Source: an uncultured Bacillota bacterium (GTDB taxonomy: Bacteria; Bacillota_I; Bacilli_A; RFN20; CAG-288). Taken from it: a DNA stretch of 64,000 nt. The notes below the pieces were generated by a model. The model saw only the letters and a program-made list of their open reading frames with translations. It searched no databases and had not been told where the DNA came from. The stretch covers positions 27,066 to 91,065 of the forward strand of contig CASFYT010000016.1 of assembly GCA_949299015.1 (NCBI GenBank). Reading direction: 5' to 3'. This document shows, piece after piece, positions 10,129 to 20,491 of the stretch (its first letter is position 1; each line of letters begins with the position of its first letter). The translations under genes and the position numbers were made by a program.

Positions 10129-10851
10129 CTACTTGCGATGGCGGCGATAGGAGTCGATATGTGCCAGGAAGACGGCCGTGGCGATCGAGGCGTTGAGGGC
10201 CTTGATCGTCCCCGGAAGAGGAATCGAGGCCACGAAGTCCGATTTCTCCTTGACGAGGCGGGAAGCCCCGAAGCCTTCCGATCCGACGACGAGGACGATC
10301 TTTCCGGAATAGTCGATCTCGTCGTAGGAATCCTTCCCCTCCCCGGCGGAACAGACGACCCAGTATCCGTTCCTCTGAAGGGTCTCGATGGCCTTGCTCA
10401 GGTTTCCGACCTGAGCGATCGGGACGACGTTCTCCGCTCCCGTGGAGATCTTGCAGACCGTCGGAGAAAGCGGGGCCTGCCGTCTGTCGAGGACGACGAT
10501 GCCATCGACGCCGAAGGCGCCGCAGGTGCGGATGATGGAGCCGAAGTTGACGGGGTCCTCGATTCCGTCGAGCAGGACAAGGGTCGATTCTTCCTTGCCG
10601 CCGTCCAGCAGGTCCTCCAGCGCGAGGTAGGAGAAACGCGGCATCTGGGCGATGACCCCCTGATGGTTGGCATGCTCCGAAAGACGGTCGAGCTCCGCAT
10701 CCGGCATCAGGCGATAGGGGACGCGGTTTCGGGATGCCAGGGACTGGATTTCCTTGTCCGTATGGGAGACGGAGAGAAAAAGGCGCAAAGGCTTCCGCTT
10801 CGCTTCCAGCGCATTCTTGACCGGAATCTTGCCGTAGATCATGTTTTCCAT
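10129..10851 (-). CDS. rlmB: 23S rRNA (guanosine-2'-O)-methyltransferase, TrmH/SpoU family
   Basis: YGKIPVKNALE N-terminus, LLDGIEDPVNFGSIIRTCGAFGVDGIV and IPLPGTIKALNASIATAVFL SpoU motifs. Confidence 0.85.
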   Translation of the reverse strand: MENMIYGKIPVKNALEAKRKPLRLFLSVSHTDKEIQSLASRNRVPYRLMPDAELDRLSEHANHQGVIAQMPRFSYLALEDLLDGGKEESTLVLLDGIEDPVNFGSIIRTCGAFGVDGIVVLDRRQAPLSPTVCKISTGAENVVPIAQVGNLSKAIETLQRNGYWVVCSAGEGKDSYDEIDYSGKIVLVVGSEGFGASRLVKEKSDFVASIPLPGTIKALNASIATAVFLAHIDSYRRHRK

Positions 10852-11067
10852 GGGGTCACCTCATCGAGACTAGACTATACTACGGCAAGCCCGTTGTAAA
10901 GGAACGGACCTTGGAAAATGTCCTTCCTTCGACGAACGCCGTGCCTCTGGGATCGGATCGGGACAAAGACGGAAGGAGTCGTTCCCGAAGAAGCCGGAAA
11001 GAAGTATGGGAGGAGAGGAAAAGTCCTCGTCGTCTCGTGTATAATAGAGGGAAGGAGAACGAACTTC

Positions 11068-11295
11068 ATGAAAAAATGGTTCAACAGCTGTGGTCGTCTC
11101 GTTCAGTGCATCCTCCTCTTGATCCCCTTCGTCAACTGGATCATCGAGATCGGCGTCCGCTGGAGCAACTTCCTTGAGAAGAAGGGACTCATTTCCTTGG
11201 TCATCGCCATCCTCGTCACCTTCTTCGGCCTGGTCTTCGGCTGGGTCGACTTCGTCTGGTGCCTGCTCTTCAAGCACCTGCTCCTGGCGAAGTAA
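11068..11295 (+). CDS. Small two-TM membrane protein, unknown function
   Basis: MKKWFNSCGRLVQCILLLIPFVNWII...LVIAILVTFFGLVFGWV. TGTATAAT extended -10 and a GGAAGGAG RBS upstream; terminator downstream. Confidence 0.5.
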   Translation: MKKWFNSCGRLVQCILLLIPFVNWIIEIGVRWSNFLEKKGLISLVIAILVTFFGLVFGWVDFVWCLLFKHLLLAK

Positions 11296-11316
11296 GGAGC
11301 GTTCACCGCAGTGAAG

Positions 11317-11350
11317 AAAGATGGGCGTCCGCCCATCTTTTCTCATTTTT
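11317..11350 (+). terminator. Rho-independent terminator
   Basis: AAGATGGGC-GTCC-GCCCATCTT hairpin followed by a T-rich run. Confidence 0.7.
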
Positions 11351-11436
11351 GAAGTTCATCCTTCTCGCCTTCTCCTTTCCTCTCTATAATTTTGACAGGG
11401 ACTCTTCCCTTTGACGGGGAAACAGCCAAGAGGACC

Positions 11437-14361
11437 ATGGATTTCTATCAGCTCAATACAAGAACCGCCTACAGCTTCGGAGAATCGACCATCCTTCCCG
11501 AGGAATACGTGGAAAGAGGGAGTCGTCTCGGATACCAAGGCCTAGCCATCGCCGACGACGGGATTTCCTGCTATCCCTCCTTTGCGGACGCCGCCTCATC
11601 GACCAAGGCCATCTTCGGATGTCGGATCCGCCTTTCCTCCTCGCTGGGAAGGCCTCTTCCCGCCGTCGTCTACCTCAAGGACGAGGTCGGGTACCAGAAC
11701 CTTCTCCTCCTTCTCTCCCGGAAGGAGGAAGCCGTCTCCTTCGAGTTCCTCTCCTGCATCCGCAACGGACTCCTCCTGGTCCTGGAAAGCGAAGATCCCG
11801 CCCTGCGAAACCAGGAAGCCCTCACGCGCCTTTCTCCCGAGATCTCTCGGCTCCAGCGCCTCTTCCAGGAAGACTTCTACCTCGGAATCGAGATCTCCTC
11901 CCTCCTCGAGCAGAACGAGATGGAGGAGCTCTATTCCTTCGCGAGGGACGGGGAATACAAGACCGTCGCCTTCCCGAAGGCCTGCTATCTCCGCAAGGCG
12001 GACTGCGGAAGCCTCGTCCTCCTCCAGGCCGCCCTGAAGAAGGAGAAGGCGCCGTCCCTTCCCGAGGGAGGACCCGACTTCCTCCTCTCCCTGAAGTCCC
12101 TGTCCGAGGTCTACCGTCCCCTCGACCTGGAACGGACCAGGGAAATCGCCGACAAGTGTCGATTCGACTTCTTCCGGAAGCGGGGAAGGCCCGTCCGCTT
12201 CGACAAGGACGACGAGCAGCTCGTCGACCTCTGCTACCGTGGGCTCCAGGAACGCCTCGGCACGAACCGTCTTCCAAGGGAATACGTCGACCGCCTGGAA
12301 TATGAGCTGTCCGTCATCCGGAAGATGGACTTCTGCTCCTACTTTCTCCTCGTCCACGACTACGTCCAATACGCCCATCGACAGGGCATCCGCGTCGGAC
12401 CGGGACGTGGCTCGGCCGCCGGCTCCCTCGTCTCCTATTCCCTCTTCATCACCGAGGTGGATCCCCTCCGCTTCCGCCTCTCCTTCGAACGCTTCCTCAA
12501 CCCGATGCGAAGGACCATGCCCGACATCGACATCGACTTCGAGGACGATCGGAGGGACGAGGTCCTCCGCTATCTCAAGGTCCGCTATGGCGAAAAGAGG
12601 GTGTCCGAGATCGTCACCTTCGTCAAGCTGAAGCCGAGGGGGGCCATCCGTCTCATCGGCCCCGCCCTTTCCTATCCCGAGAACCGCCTCAAGAAGCTCA
12701 CTTCCGCCATCCGCGAGTCCAGTCCGGACTTCCTCTCCGCCCGCGAAGACAGGAAGCTGGGAGGCCGTTTCACGGAGCTCATGAAGGATCCCTACTATCA
12801 GGACCTGGTGAAGAAGATCGAGCCGCTCATCGGCCTTCCCATCAACACCTCCGTCCATGCCGCCGGCGTCATCGTCAGCCAGGAAAACCTATCCCTCTCC
12901 TGTCCCCTCTCGAACGGAACGACAGGTGTTGTCCTTTATGAGTATCCTTATATGGAAAGAATGGGATTCTTGAAGATGGACATCCTTTCCCTTTCCAACC
13001 TGACTTTCCTTCAGAAAGTCGAAAGCCGAATCCAACTTCCTCTCTCCCTTTTGGAACACCTTGAGGACAAGGAGACTTACGACCTCCTCAACCGCCTCGA
13101 GCTGGCGGAGGTCTTCCAGCTGGAAAGCGCCGGCATGCGAAGGACCATCGAAAGGATCCATCCCGAGAGCTTCCAGGACCTCTGCTCCCTCCTTGCGCTC
13201 TATCGTCCCGGTCCGATGGCCTACGTCGAGGAATTCGCCCAGCGAAAGAGCGGAGAGAAGAAGATCGAGTATCTCGACGAAAGGCTGCGCCCGATCCTGG
13301 AGGAGACCTACGGCATCATCCTCTATCAGGAGCAGGTCATCGAGATCGTCAAGGCGATCGGTTCCTTCTCCGCCTCCCAGGCCGACCTCTTCCGGCGCGC
13401 CATCTCGAAGAAGGACGTCGACGCGATGGAGAAGGGAAAGGAACGCTTCCTGGCCAACGCCGAAAAGAACGGCGTCCCTTCCGAAAAGGCCCGCGCCATC
13501 TATGCCGACATCGAGCGCTTCGCGGGCTACGGATTCAACAAGTCGCATGCCTGCGCCTATGCGCTCATCAGCTTCGAGCTGCTCTACCTCAAGTGCCACT
13601 TCCCCGCCTTCTTCTACCAGGTCGCCCTCGACCAATCCTCGCTGGGCAGCGACGAATTCTACGCCCTCCTCAAGGAAATCTATGCGCACAAGGCCCGCCT
13701 CCGGGGGCCGGACATCAATCGCTCCGACAAGGAGAAGGTGACCTTCGAGGACTCCTCCTTCCTCCTTCCCCTCTCCCGCGTCGCCCAGGCGGACCGGAAG
13801 GTGATCGACGCGATCCTGGCCGAACGGGAGAAAGGTCCCTTTTCCTCGTTCTACCAGTTCTGCCGGCGGATGTCCGCCACGCTCGACGCCTCTTCGGAGA
13901 GGAGCGTGGGGCGCCTTGTCGACGCCGGCGCCTTCGACTCGCTCTCGAAGGCCCGCGAAAGGATGAAGGCCCTCTATCGTCAGTACCTCGACTTCGCCCG
14001 CCTCTCCTTCCCGGAGAGCGAGGTCCCTCCCCTCGTCGGCGAGGAGGACGTCGGAAGGAGGCTCTTCCTCGAGAAGGAAGCGCTCGGCGTGATCCTCTCG
14101 ACCAGCCTGAGGAAGGTCGTCCAGCGTCCGGGATGGAAGACGATGCTCGTCGTCGACGACAGCGGCCTGAGCCGGGAAAGGATCCTGAAGGCCACCGACG
14201 GGCGGAAGGAATACCTCCTTCGCGCCCCGGACGACGACTATGCGAACGACGACTTCCTGCTCGTCAGGGGAACGCTGCAGCCGGCGGGGGTCCAGCGCGA
14301 GATCCAGATCGAAAATCAGAAAGGAAGGAAAATGACCTATGGCAAAGACATTCATCGTTGA
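11437..14361 (+). CDS. dnaE: DNA polymerase III alpha subunit (DnaE type)
   Basis: PHP domain start MDFYQLNTRTAYSFGES, then GPGRGSAAGSLVSYSL, MPDIDIDF, GFLKMDILSLSNLT and FNKSHACAYA. An alternative Met lies at 11392. Confidence 0.93.
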   Translation: MDFYQLNTRTAYSFGESTILPEEYVERGSRLGYQGLAIADDGISCYPSFADAASSTKAIFGCRIRLSSSLGRPLPAVVYLKDEVGYQNLLLLLSRKEEAVSFEFLSCIRNGLLLVLESEDPALRNQEALTRLSPEISRLQRLFQEDFYLGIEISSLLEQNEMEELYSFARDGEYKTVAFPKACYLRKADCGSLVLLQAALKKEKAPSLPEGGPDFLLSLKSLSEVYRPLDLERTREIADKCRFDFFRKRGRPVRFDKDDEQLVDLCYRGLQERLGTNRLPREYVDRLEYELSVIRKMDFCSYFLLVHDYVQYAHRQGIRVGPGRGSAAGSLVSYSLFITEVDPLRFRLSFERFLNPMRRTMPDIDIDFEDDRRDEVLRYLKVRYGEKRVSEIVTFVKLKPRGAIRLIGPALSYPENRLKKLTSAIRESSPDFLSAREDRKLGGRFTELMKDPYYQDLVKKIEPLIGLPINTSVHAAGVIVSQENLSLSCPLSNGTTGVVLYEYPYMERMGFLKMDILSLSNLTFLQKVESRIQLPLSLLEHLEDKETYDLLNRLELAEVFQLESAGMRRTIERIHPESFQDLCSLLALYRPGPMAYVEEFAQRKSGEKKIEYLDERLRPILEETYGIILYQEQVIEIVKAIGSFSASQADLFRRAISKKDVDAMEKGKERFLANAEKNGVPSEKARAIYADIERFAGYGFNKSHACAYALISFELLYLKCHFPAFFYQVALDQSSLGSDEFYALLKEIYAHKARLRGPDINRSDKEKVTFEDSSFLLPLSRVAQADRKVIDAILAEREKGPFSSFYQFCRRMSATLDASSERSVGRLVDAGAFDSLSKARERMKALYRQYLDFARLSFPESEVPPLVGEEDVGRRLFLEKEALGVILSTSLRKVVQRPGWKTMLVVDDSGLSRERILKATDGRKEYLLRAPDDDYANDDFLLVRGTLQPAGVQREIQIENQKGRKMTYGKDIHR

Positions 14362-16990
14362 CGGAAACTCCCTCCTCTTCCGCGCCTACTACTCCACCGC
14401 CTACACGGGGAACCTGATGGTCAACAAGGACAACATCCCGACCAACGCCATCTTCGCCTTCCACAACCTGATGAAGAAGATCAAGTCGATGGCCCGGGAG
14501 GACGACCACATCTTCGTGGCCTTCGACACAGACAAGCCGACGCTCCGCAAACAGGCCTTCGAGGAGTACAAGGCGCAGCGGGAGAAGATCCCCGAAGAGC
14601 TCGCCTGCCAGATTCCCATCTCCCGGGAGCTGCTCGACGCCATGAACATCTACCACCAGGAGAAGGAGGGGTACGAGGCGGACGACCTCTGCGGATCGAT
14701 GGCGAAGCTCGCCCACGAGAAGGGGGACGACGTCGTCCTGATCTCCTCCGACCGCGACTTCCTCCAGCTTTTGGACATCGGGGAGAACGTCTCCATCCTG
14801 CTTCCCGTCAAGGGGCTGAGCAAGACCACGGAACTGACGAAGGCCAACCTCCGGGAGTCCAGCTACGGCCTCGATCCGGACCAGGTGACCGACTTCAAGG
14901 GAATCGCCGGCGATCCGAGCGACAACTACAAGGGAATCCCCGGCATCGGCGAAAAGACGGCGAAGAAGCTCCTCGACCAATACGGCCACCTCGAAGCGAT
15001 CCTCGAAGCCTGCCGGAAGAACCCGGAGAACAAGACCAACGCCAAGATCCTCGCCGGAGAGAAACAGGCCCTCTTCTTCAAGAAACTGGCGACCATCGAT
15101 ACGTCCCTCCCGATGGAAGATGATTACATAAAGTCAAAGTATCAGAACTATTATAAGGAGAAGCTTTCATCTTTCTACCTGAAATACCAGTTCAAGCAAT
15201 TCCTAACGAACATCGACAAGATGCAAGGAATCGTTTCCCACCAGGAGGGCGAACAGATCTCCTTGATCGAGGCCTTCATGGAGGCCGAGGCGGAGCAGGA
15301 CGCCGCCAAGAAGAACAGCCAGATCGTCCATCGCGACATCCGTTGGATCCATTCGATCCAGGAGATTCCCGAACCCATCCTCGGCATCACCTACGACAGC
15401 GACAACGCCAACGAGAACGTCGCCACCCTCCTCGGCTTCGCCCTGGCCGGGGAGAGGACGGTCTACCACCTCTCCCTCGAGGATGCCCGGAAGGACGAGG
15501 CCTTCCTCGCCTACCTGACGGACGAAAGGAAGAAGAAGACCGTCTACGACCTCAAGGGGCTGGACGTCCTTCTTCTGCGGAACGACCTCCCCCTGCTTCA
15601 TGGAGCGGACTTCGACCTGCTGCTGGCGACCTACCTCATCAACACCGAATGCGGCCAGAAGGTCGAGGAGCTCTTCTTCTCCTACGGCCTCGAGCTTCGG
15701 AAGGACCGTCCGCTCTACGAACAGACGATCTCGCTTTCCGTCGACCTGAGGAAGGAAGTCCTCGCCGCCATCGAAAGGAACGGAGAGAGCGAGCTCTTCT
15801 CCCAGATCGAGCTGCCGCTTTCGGAAGTCCTGGCGCGCATGGAGCGGGAAGGGATGCCGATGGATCGGAAGACCCTGGAAGAGATCGACGCCCAATACCA
15901 GGAGAAGCTCTCCGAGCTCAAGGAGAAGATCTACGACCTTTCCGGCACGGAATTCAATCTCAATTCCCCCAAGAAGGTCGAGGAGATCCTCTTCGACACC
16001 CTGAAGATCCACAAGTACAAGGGGGAAAAGGGAAGCGGGATCGACGTCCTGCGGGCCCATCGCGAGGACCATCCCATCGTCGAGAAAATCATCGCCTACC
16101 GCCTCTACAACAAGCTGGTCTCCAGCTATACCACCACCCTTCCCAAGCACCTGGCGGAGGACGGAAAGATCCACGCCGTCTTCAACCAGGCCCTGACCGC
16201 GACGGGCCGGCTGTCGATGAGCGAGCCCAACCTCCAGAACATCTCGATCCGCAACGAGGAGGGAAAGGCCATCCGGAAGGCCTTCTTCTATCCGGAGAAC
16301 GCCTACGACCTCCTCTCCCTGGACTATTCCCAGATCGAGCTGCGCGTCCTGGCCCACGTCGGAGGAATCCCGAGCCTGGTCGAGATCTTCCGCCAGGGCG
16401 AGGACATCCATCAGGCGACGGCCGCCCGCGTTTTCCACGTCGACCTCTCGGAGGTCACCCCGGAGATGCGGCGGAGGGCCAAGGCCGTCAACTTCGGCAT
16501 CGTCTACGGCATCTCCGCCCACGGCCTCTCGGAACAGCTTTCCATTCCCAACGCCGAGGCCAAGGACCTGATTGCCTCCTTCATGGAGGTCTTCCCGGAG
16601 ATCCCGCAGTTCGAGGAACGCGTCAAGGCCATGGCGAGGGAGAAGGGCTACGTCGAGACCCTCTTCCACCGGCGCCGCTACCTCAAGGACATCCTCTCCG
16701 GCAACCGAGCCCTCCGGCAGTTCTCGGAACGGGCGGCCGTCAACACCGTCATCCAGGGATCGGCCGCAGACCTGATGAAGATCAGCATGATCCGGGTCGA
16801 CCGCCTGCTGAAGGGCTATCGCTCGAAGATCCTGCTCCAGATCCACGACGAACTCATCTTCAAGCTGGACAAGAGCGAGGAGAAGGTCCTCGTCCCGCTC
16901 CTGAAGAAGACGATGGAGGAAGCCGTCTCCCTCTCCGTCCCCCTGAAGGTCGACGGCGAAGTCGCCAAGACCTGGTACGAGGTCCACTGA
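14339..16990 (+). CDS. polA: DNA polymerase I
   Basis: 5'-nuclease domain FIVDGNSLLFRAYY, polymerase motifs LLSLDYSQIELRVLAH, RRRAKAVNFGIVYG and LLQIHDELIF. Overlaps the dnaE 3' end by 23 nt. Confidence 0.97.
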   Translation: MAKTFIVDGNSLLFRAYYSTAYTGNLMVNKDNIPTNAIFAFHNLMKKIKSMAREDDHIFVAFDTDKPTLRKQAFEEYKAQREKIPEELACQIPISRELLDAMNIYHQEKEGYEADDLCGSMAKLAHEKGDDVVLISSDRDFLQLLDIGENVSILLPVKGLSKTTELTKANLRESSYGLDPDQVTDFKGIAGDPSDNYKGIPGIGEKTAKKLLDQYGHLEAILEACRKNPENKTNAKILAGEKQALFFKKLATIDTSLPMEDDYIKSKYQNYYKEKLSSFYLKYQFKQFLTNIDKMQGIVSHQEGEQISLIEAFMEAEAEQDAAKKNSQIVHRDIRWIHSIQEIPEPILGITYDSDNANENVATLLGFALAGERTVYHLSLEDARKDEAFLAYLTDERKKKTVYDLKGLDVLLLRNDLPLLHGADFDLLLATYLINTECGQKVEELFFSYGLELRKDRPLYEQTISLSVDLRKEVLAAIERNGESELFSQIELPLSEVLARMEREGMPMDRKTLEEIDAQYQEKLSELKEKIYDLSGTEFNLNSPKKVEEILFDTLKIHKYKGEKGSGIDVLRAHREDHPIVEKIIAYRLYNKLVSSYTTTLPKHLAEDGKIHAVFNQALTATGRLSMSEPNLQNISIRNEEGKAIRKAFFYPENAYDLLSLDYSQIELRVLAHVGGIPSLVEIFRQGEDIHQATAARVFHVDLSEVTPEMRRRAKAVNFGIVYGISAHGLSEQLSIPNAEAKDLIASFMEVFPEIPQFEERVKAMAREKGYVETLFHRRRYLKDILSGNRALRQFSERAAVNTVIQGSAADLMKISMIRVDRLLKGYRSKILLQIHDELIFKLDKSEEKVLVPLLKKTMEEAVSLSVPLKVDGEVAKTWYEVH

Positions 16991-16991
16991 G

Positions 16992-18380
16992 ATGCCCGAG
17001 CTTCCCGAAGTCGAGACCATCCGCCGATCGCTGGAGAAGGAGATCCTCCACCAGACCCTCGGAACGCCGGAACTCTTCGTCTCCCGCCTCCTTCAGACGC
17101 CGAGGGAGGAATTCCTCCAGGGCGTCCCCGGCAAGGAGATCCTCTCCCTTTCGCGGAGGGGAAAGTACCTGATCGTCCATCTCAGCCAGGGAAAGAAGCT
17201 CGTCCTTCACCTGCGCATGGAGGGAAAGCTCTTCGTCGTCGACAAGGAAAGGCACAGCACGAGCCACCTCTCCCTCTTCCTCCCCTTCCAGGATTCGAGG
17301 AAGGGCCTGGCCTTCTACGACGTCCGCAAGTTCGGCACCTGCCACTATCTCGACGAGAAGGACGATGCGGCGACCGCCAAGCTCGGAAAGGAGCCCTTCG
17401 ACCTCGACGCGGAGGAACTCTTCTCCCTGCTCTCGAAGAAGAGGAGGAGCCTCAAGGAATGCCTCCTCGACCAGGAGGTCGTCGCCGGCATCGGCAACAT
17501 CTACGCCGACGAGATCCTCTTCGCCAGCCGTCTTTCCCCCTTCCGGGCGGCAAAGGACGTCACGGTGGAGGAATGCCGGAGGATCCTCCTCGAGGCCCGG
17601 AGGATCCTGACGCTGGCGATTGCCCGCAAAGGGTCGACCGTGAAGACCTTCCAGGTCGACAGCACGACCCATGGCGGAATGCAGGAGCTCCTCCAGGTCT
17701 ACCAAAGGGAAGGCAAGGAATGCCTTTCCTGCCACAGGACGAAGGTCGAGAAGAAGATGTTCCATGGACGCGGGACCCATTACTGCCCCCGCTGCCAGAA
17801 GACGGGATTCTCCATCGCGGTGACCGGCAAGATCGGCGCCGGAAAGAGCCTGGTCCTGCAGAACCTTCGGAAGGAAGGAATCCTTGTCCTCTCGCTGGAC
17901 GACGAGGTCCACGCCCTCTATCAGGATCCCTTCTTCCTCGCCGAGGCCCGAAGGCGCTTTCCCTTCCTCTTCGCCCCTTCCCTGGACAAGGGCCGGCTCC
18001 AGGAACGGCTGCTTTCCGACGCCTCCTTCCGCCGCCTCTACGAACATTTCCTCTACCCCCGGCTGAGGGAGAAGGTGGAGGCCTTCCTCGTCTCGGAGGA
18101 CGGAAGGGACAAGGCCGTCGAGGTTCCCCTGCTCTTCGACGCCCACTTCGAACCGCTCTTCACCTTCCTCGTCGGCGTCGAGACGACGAAGCAGAAGGAA
18201 CACCTGCGCGAACGAGGGGAGAGGGACGTCGAAGGAAGGCTGGCGTTCAACCGTCTCAACTCCTACGACAAAAACCGCCATCGGCTCGACTACGTCCTGA
18301 CGACCGACTCCACCAAGAGGGACCTGAAAGGGAGAGTCCACGCGATGCTGGAAGAAATGCGGAAGAGGATCGACGGATGA
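16992..18380 (+). CDS. mutM-coaE: Fusion of formamidopyrimidine-DNA glycosylase (Fpg/MutM) and dephospho-CoA kinase (CoaE)
   Basis: MPELPEVETIRRSL ... zinc finger CHRTKVEKKMFHGRGTHYCPRCQK runs directly into TGFSIAVTGKIGAGKS (CoaE P-loop) in one 462-aa frame. Confidence 0.9.
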   Translation: MPELPEVETIRRSLEKEILHQTLGTPELFVSRLLQTPREEFLQGVPGKEILSLSRRGKYLIVHLSQGKKLVLHLRMEGKLFVVDKERHSTSHLSLFLPFQDSRKGLAFYDVRKFGTCHYLDEKDDAATAKLGKEPFDLDAEELFSLLSKKRRSLKECLLDQEVVAGIGNIYADEILFASRLSPFRAAKDVTVEECRRILLEARRILTLAIARKGSTVKTFQVDSTTHGGMQELLQVYQREGKECLSCHRTKVEKKMFHGRGTHYCPRCQKTGFSIAVTGKIGAGKSLVLQNLRKEGILVLSLDDEVHALYQDPFFLAEARRRFPFLFAPSLDKGRLQERLLSDASFRRLYEHFLYPRLREKVEAFLVSEDGRDKAVEVPLLFDAHFEPLFTFLVGVETTKQKEHLRERGERDVEGRLAFNRLNSYDKNRHRLDYVLTTDSTKRDLKGRVHAMLEEMRKRIDG

Positions 18381-19012
18381 AGGGACGCTATGACTATCCC
18401 AAGGAGAAGCTCCTCGCCTATGGATTCGTCGAAAGGGAAGGCACCTTCTTCCTGACGACCGACTTCGCCGGCGGAAGGTTCCTCGCGCTTGTCACGCTTC
18501 GGGAGGGATGCCTCCAGCTGCGTCTCTTCGACAAGGAACTCCGGGAAGAATTCTTCGCCCACAAGGCGAAGAAAGGCGGTCCTTTTCTGACACCCTTGCT
18601 CGAAGAAGAGCAGTCGCTTCTGGAAGATATTCGCAAAAACTGCGCCGTCTATCGCTACGAGACGGAACAGGCAAATCGAATCTATGCCAATTTTCCTCTT
18701 CTGTTTTCGACCTCCTTCGAACACCTTTGGGAGAAGGAGCCGGGCTTTGCCGTGCTGCGCAACGAAAGAGGGCATTGGTTCGCCCTCCTGATGGAGATCG
18801 ACGGAAGGCGGATCCGCCTTCCCCAAGAGCGCGTCGTCCTGCTCAACGTCCGCTGCCGGGACGTGGATCCCTTCATGACCCTCGGAGTCCTTCCCGCCTA
18901 CCACATGAACAAGAGGACCTGGGTCAGCCTCCGGGTCGACGACACGCTATCGGACGACTTCCTCCAACAAAAAACGAGGGAGAGCCTGCGGCTTTCCCTC
19001 GCGAAGGACTAG
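18377..19012 (+). CDS. MmcQ/YjbR family DNA-binding-like protein
   Basis: C-terminal half ...FAVLRNERGHWFALLMEI...VLLNVRCRDVDP...VLPAYHMNKRTWVSLRVD resembles YjbR. ATGA overlap with the mutM-coaE stop. Confidence 0.6.
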   Translation: MKGRYDYPKEKLLAYGFVEREGTFFLTTDFAGGRFLALVTLREGCLQLRLFDKELREEFFAHKAKKGGPFLTPLLEEEQSLLEDIRKNCAVYRYETEQANRIYANFPLLFSTSFEHLWEKEPGFAVLRNERGHWFALLMEIDGRRIRLPQERVVLLNVRCRDVDPFMTLGVLPAYHMNKRTWVSLRVDDTLSDDFLQQKTRESLRLSLAKD

Positions 19013-20271
19013 TTCACGCTTTCCTTTTCGATGACGGGATCGTCGATGCCGATCTCCTTGGCGACCTTCCGAAGCTTCCTCCGCTCCCTCGCGTTGGTAT
19101 AGTAGGTGCGGTGGAGGTTCTGGTCCTCCCGGTCGTCCTGGACGGCCTGCTCGAACATCTCCTCCAGGAGAAGGACGCAGCGCTCCAGCTCGAATCCCTT
19201 TCCGTATTCGACGTACTTCTCCGACAGCTCCTTCTTGGCCTGGGGATGCTCGTAGAAGTACTCGATCCTTTCGCGAAGGGATTTCGCGTCTCCGGCCCGA
19301 AAGAGGCAGCGGTCGTCCAACGAGAACGAATTGGTCGCCGAGACGGGCGAGTCCGAGATGATGGGGACCAGGCCGCAGGCGAAGGCCTCGATGCAGGAGA
19401 TGGCCTCGCTCTCGGCGTCGGAGGCGTGGACGTAGAGGTCGCACTGATTGATGATGCGGAGGAGCTCGCCCTGGTTGTGAAATTCGAAGAAGCATGGATT
19501 CCTGAGATATTTCCTCGAGAGGCGCTCGTATTTCTTCCTCAGCGGCCCCTGCCCGCAGAGGACGAGCTGGATCTGGTCGTTGTACCGGCTCCTGCCGATG
19601 GCCTTGAAGAGAAGGTCCTGCCTCTTCTCGCCGGAGAAACGTCCGACCATGAGGATGACGAACTTCCCCTGGAAGCGCGGTTCCTTGGCGACGGCCATGG
19701 GACGGAAGACCGGAGAGATGCCGTTGGAGATCGGATGGATGATGTTCCGATAATGGTGGAGGCGCATCTGGTCGGCCATCATCGCGCTCGGCGTATGGAC
19801 GTGCCTCGTGTAGCGGTAGCACCAGCGGCGGAAGAGGAGATAGATCAGGGAGGAGACCGGCCGGACATGGCCCATGTGGATGTTGTACGAAACGTTCTCG
19901 GGCTGGCAATGGAAGGCCGAGGTGACGGGGATTCCCATCACGCGCGCCACCCGTCGGACCTGGGTCTCGAGATGGAAGGGGAGCAGGAGATGGACGACGT
20001 CCGAGCCGCGGATGAAGTCGGCGATTTCCTTCAGGTTCCCCTTCGCCAGGACCATTCCGTTGTCGAGGATGAGCTTGTCGAAGAGAGGAATCTTGATTCG
20101 CGGGACACACAAAATGTTGTAATCCGAGAGATCGTCGTGTTCCTCGGGAACGTAGGCGATCACGCGCACCTCGTGGCCGTGCTTCTTGAGATAGGTGGCC
20201 GTCCTCATGCAGGTGACCGTCGTTCCGTTGTTGGTGGCGCCGAAGGTATCGATGACAAGAGTAATGATCAT
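19009..20271 (-). CDS. Glycosyltransferase family 4 (GT-B), possible glycolipid synthase
   Basis: MIITLVIDTFGATNNGTTV...KKHGHEVRVI N-terminus and a C-terminal ASDAESEAISCIEAFACGLVPII EX7E-like motif. Confidence 0.75.
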   Translation of the reverse strand: MIITLVIDTFGATNNGTTVTCMRTATYLKKHGHEVRVIAYVPEEHDDLSDYNILCVPRIKIPLFDKLILDNGMVLAKGNLKEIADFIRGSDVVHLLLPFHLETQVRRVARVMGIPVTSAFHCQPENVSYNIHMGHVRPVSSLIYLLFRRWCYRYTRHVHTPSAMMADQMRLHHYRNIIHPISNGISPVFRPMAVAKEPRFQGKFVILMVGRFSGEKRQDLLFKAIGRSRYNDQIQLVLCGQGPLRKKYERLSRKYLRNPCFFEFHNQGELLRIINQCDLYVHASDAESEAISCIEAFACGLVPIISDSPVSATNSFSLDDRCLFRAGDAKSLRERIEYFYEHPQAKKELSEKYVEYGKGFELERCVLLLEEMFEQAVQDDREDQNLHRTYYTNARERRKLRKVAKEIGIDDPVIEKESVN

Positions 20272-20491
20272 GGTTCTGTGTCAGAGATGCTTCAATTATA
20301 TGTTTTTCCCGCGTTCAAAGCAAACGAGCCGGACAATAATGGACAATCCCCGCCCTTTCGTCCTCAAGCGGAATCCGCCCCTTCCTTCCGCCACCTTTCA
20401 TCCGCCGAGGAAAAGAATTACAATGGAAGAGGGTTCAGCAAAGGGAAAGGCCGTTCAGACTCCCCAAATCGAAAGGAAAGGAGCTCTTTTC

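Noticed and set aside
20272-20491. Possible PyrR-type attenuator or riboswitch in the 220-nt region upstream of upp
   Set aside because: I could not find the conserved PyrR binding-loop sequence or a convincing terminator/antiterminator pair by eye. Left uncalled.
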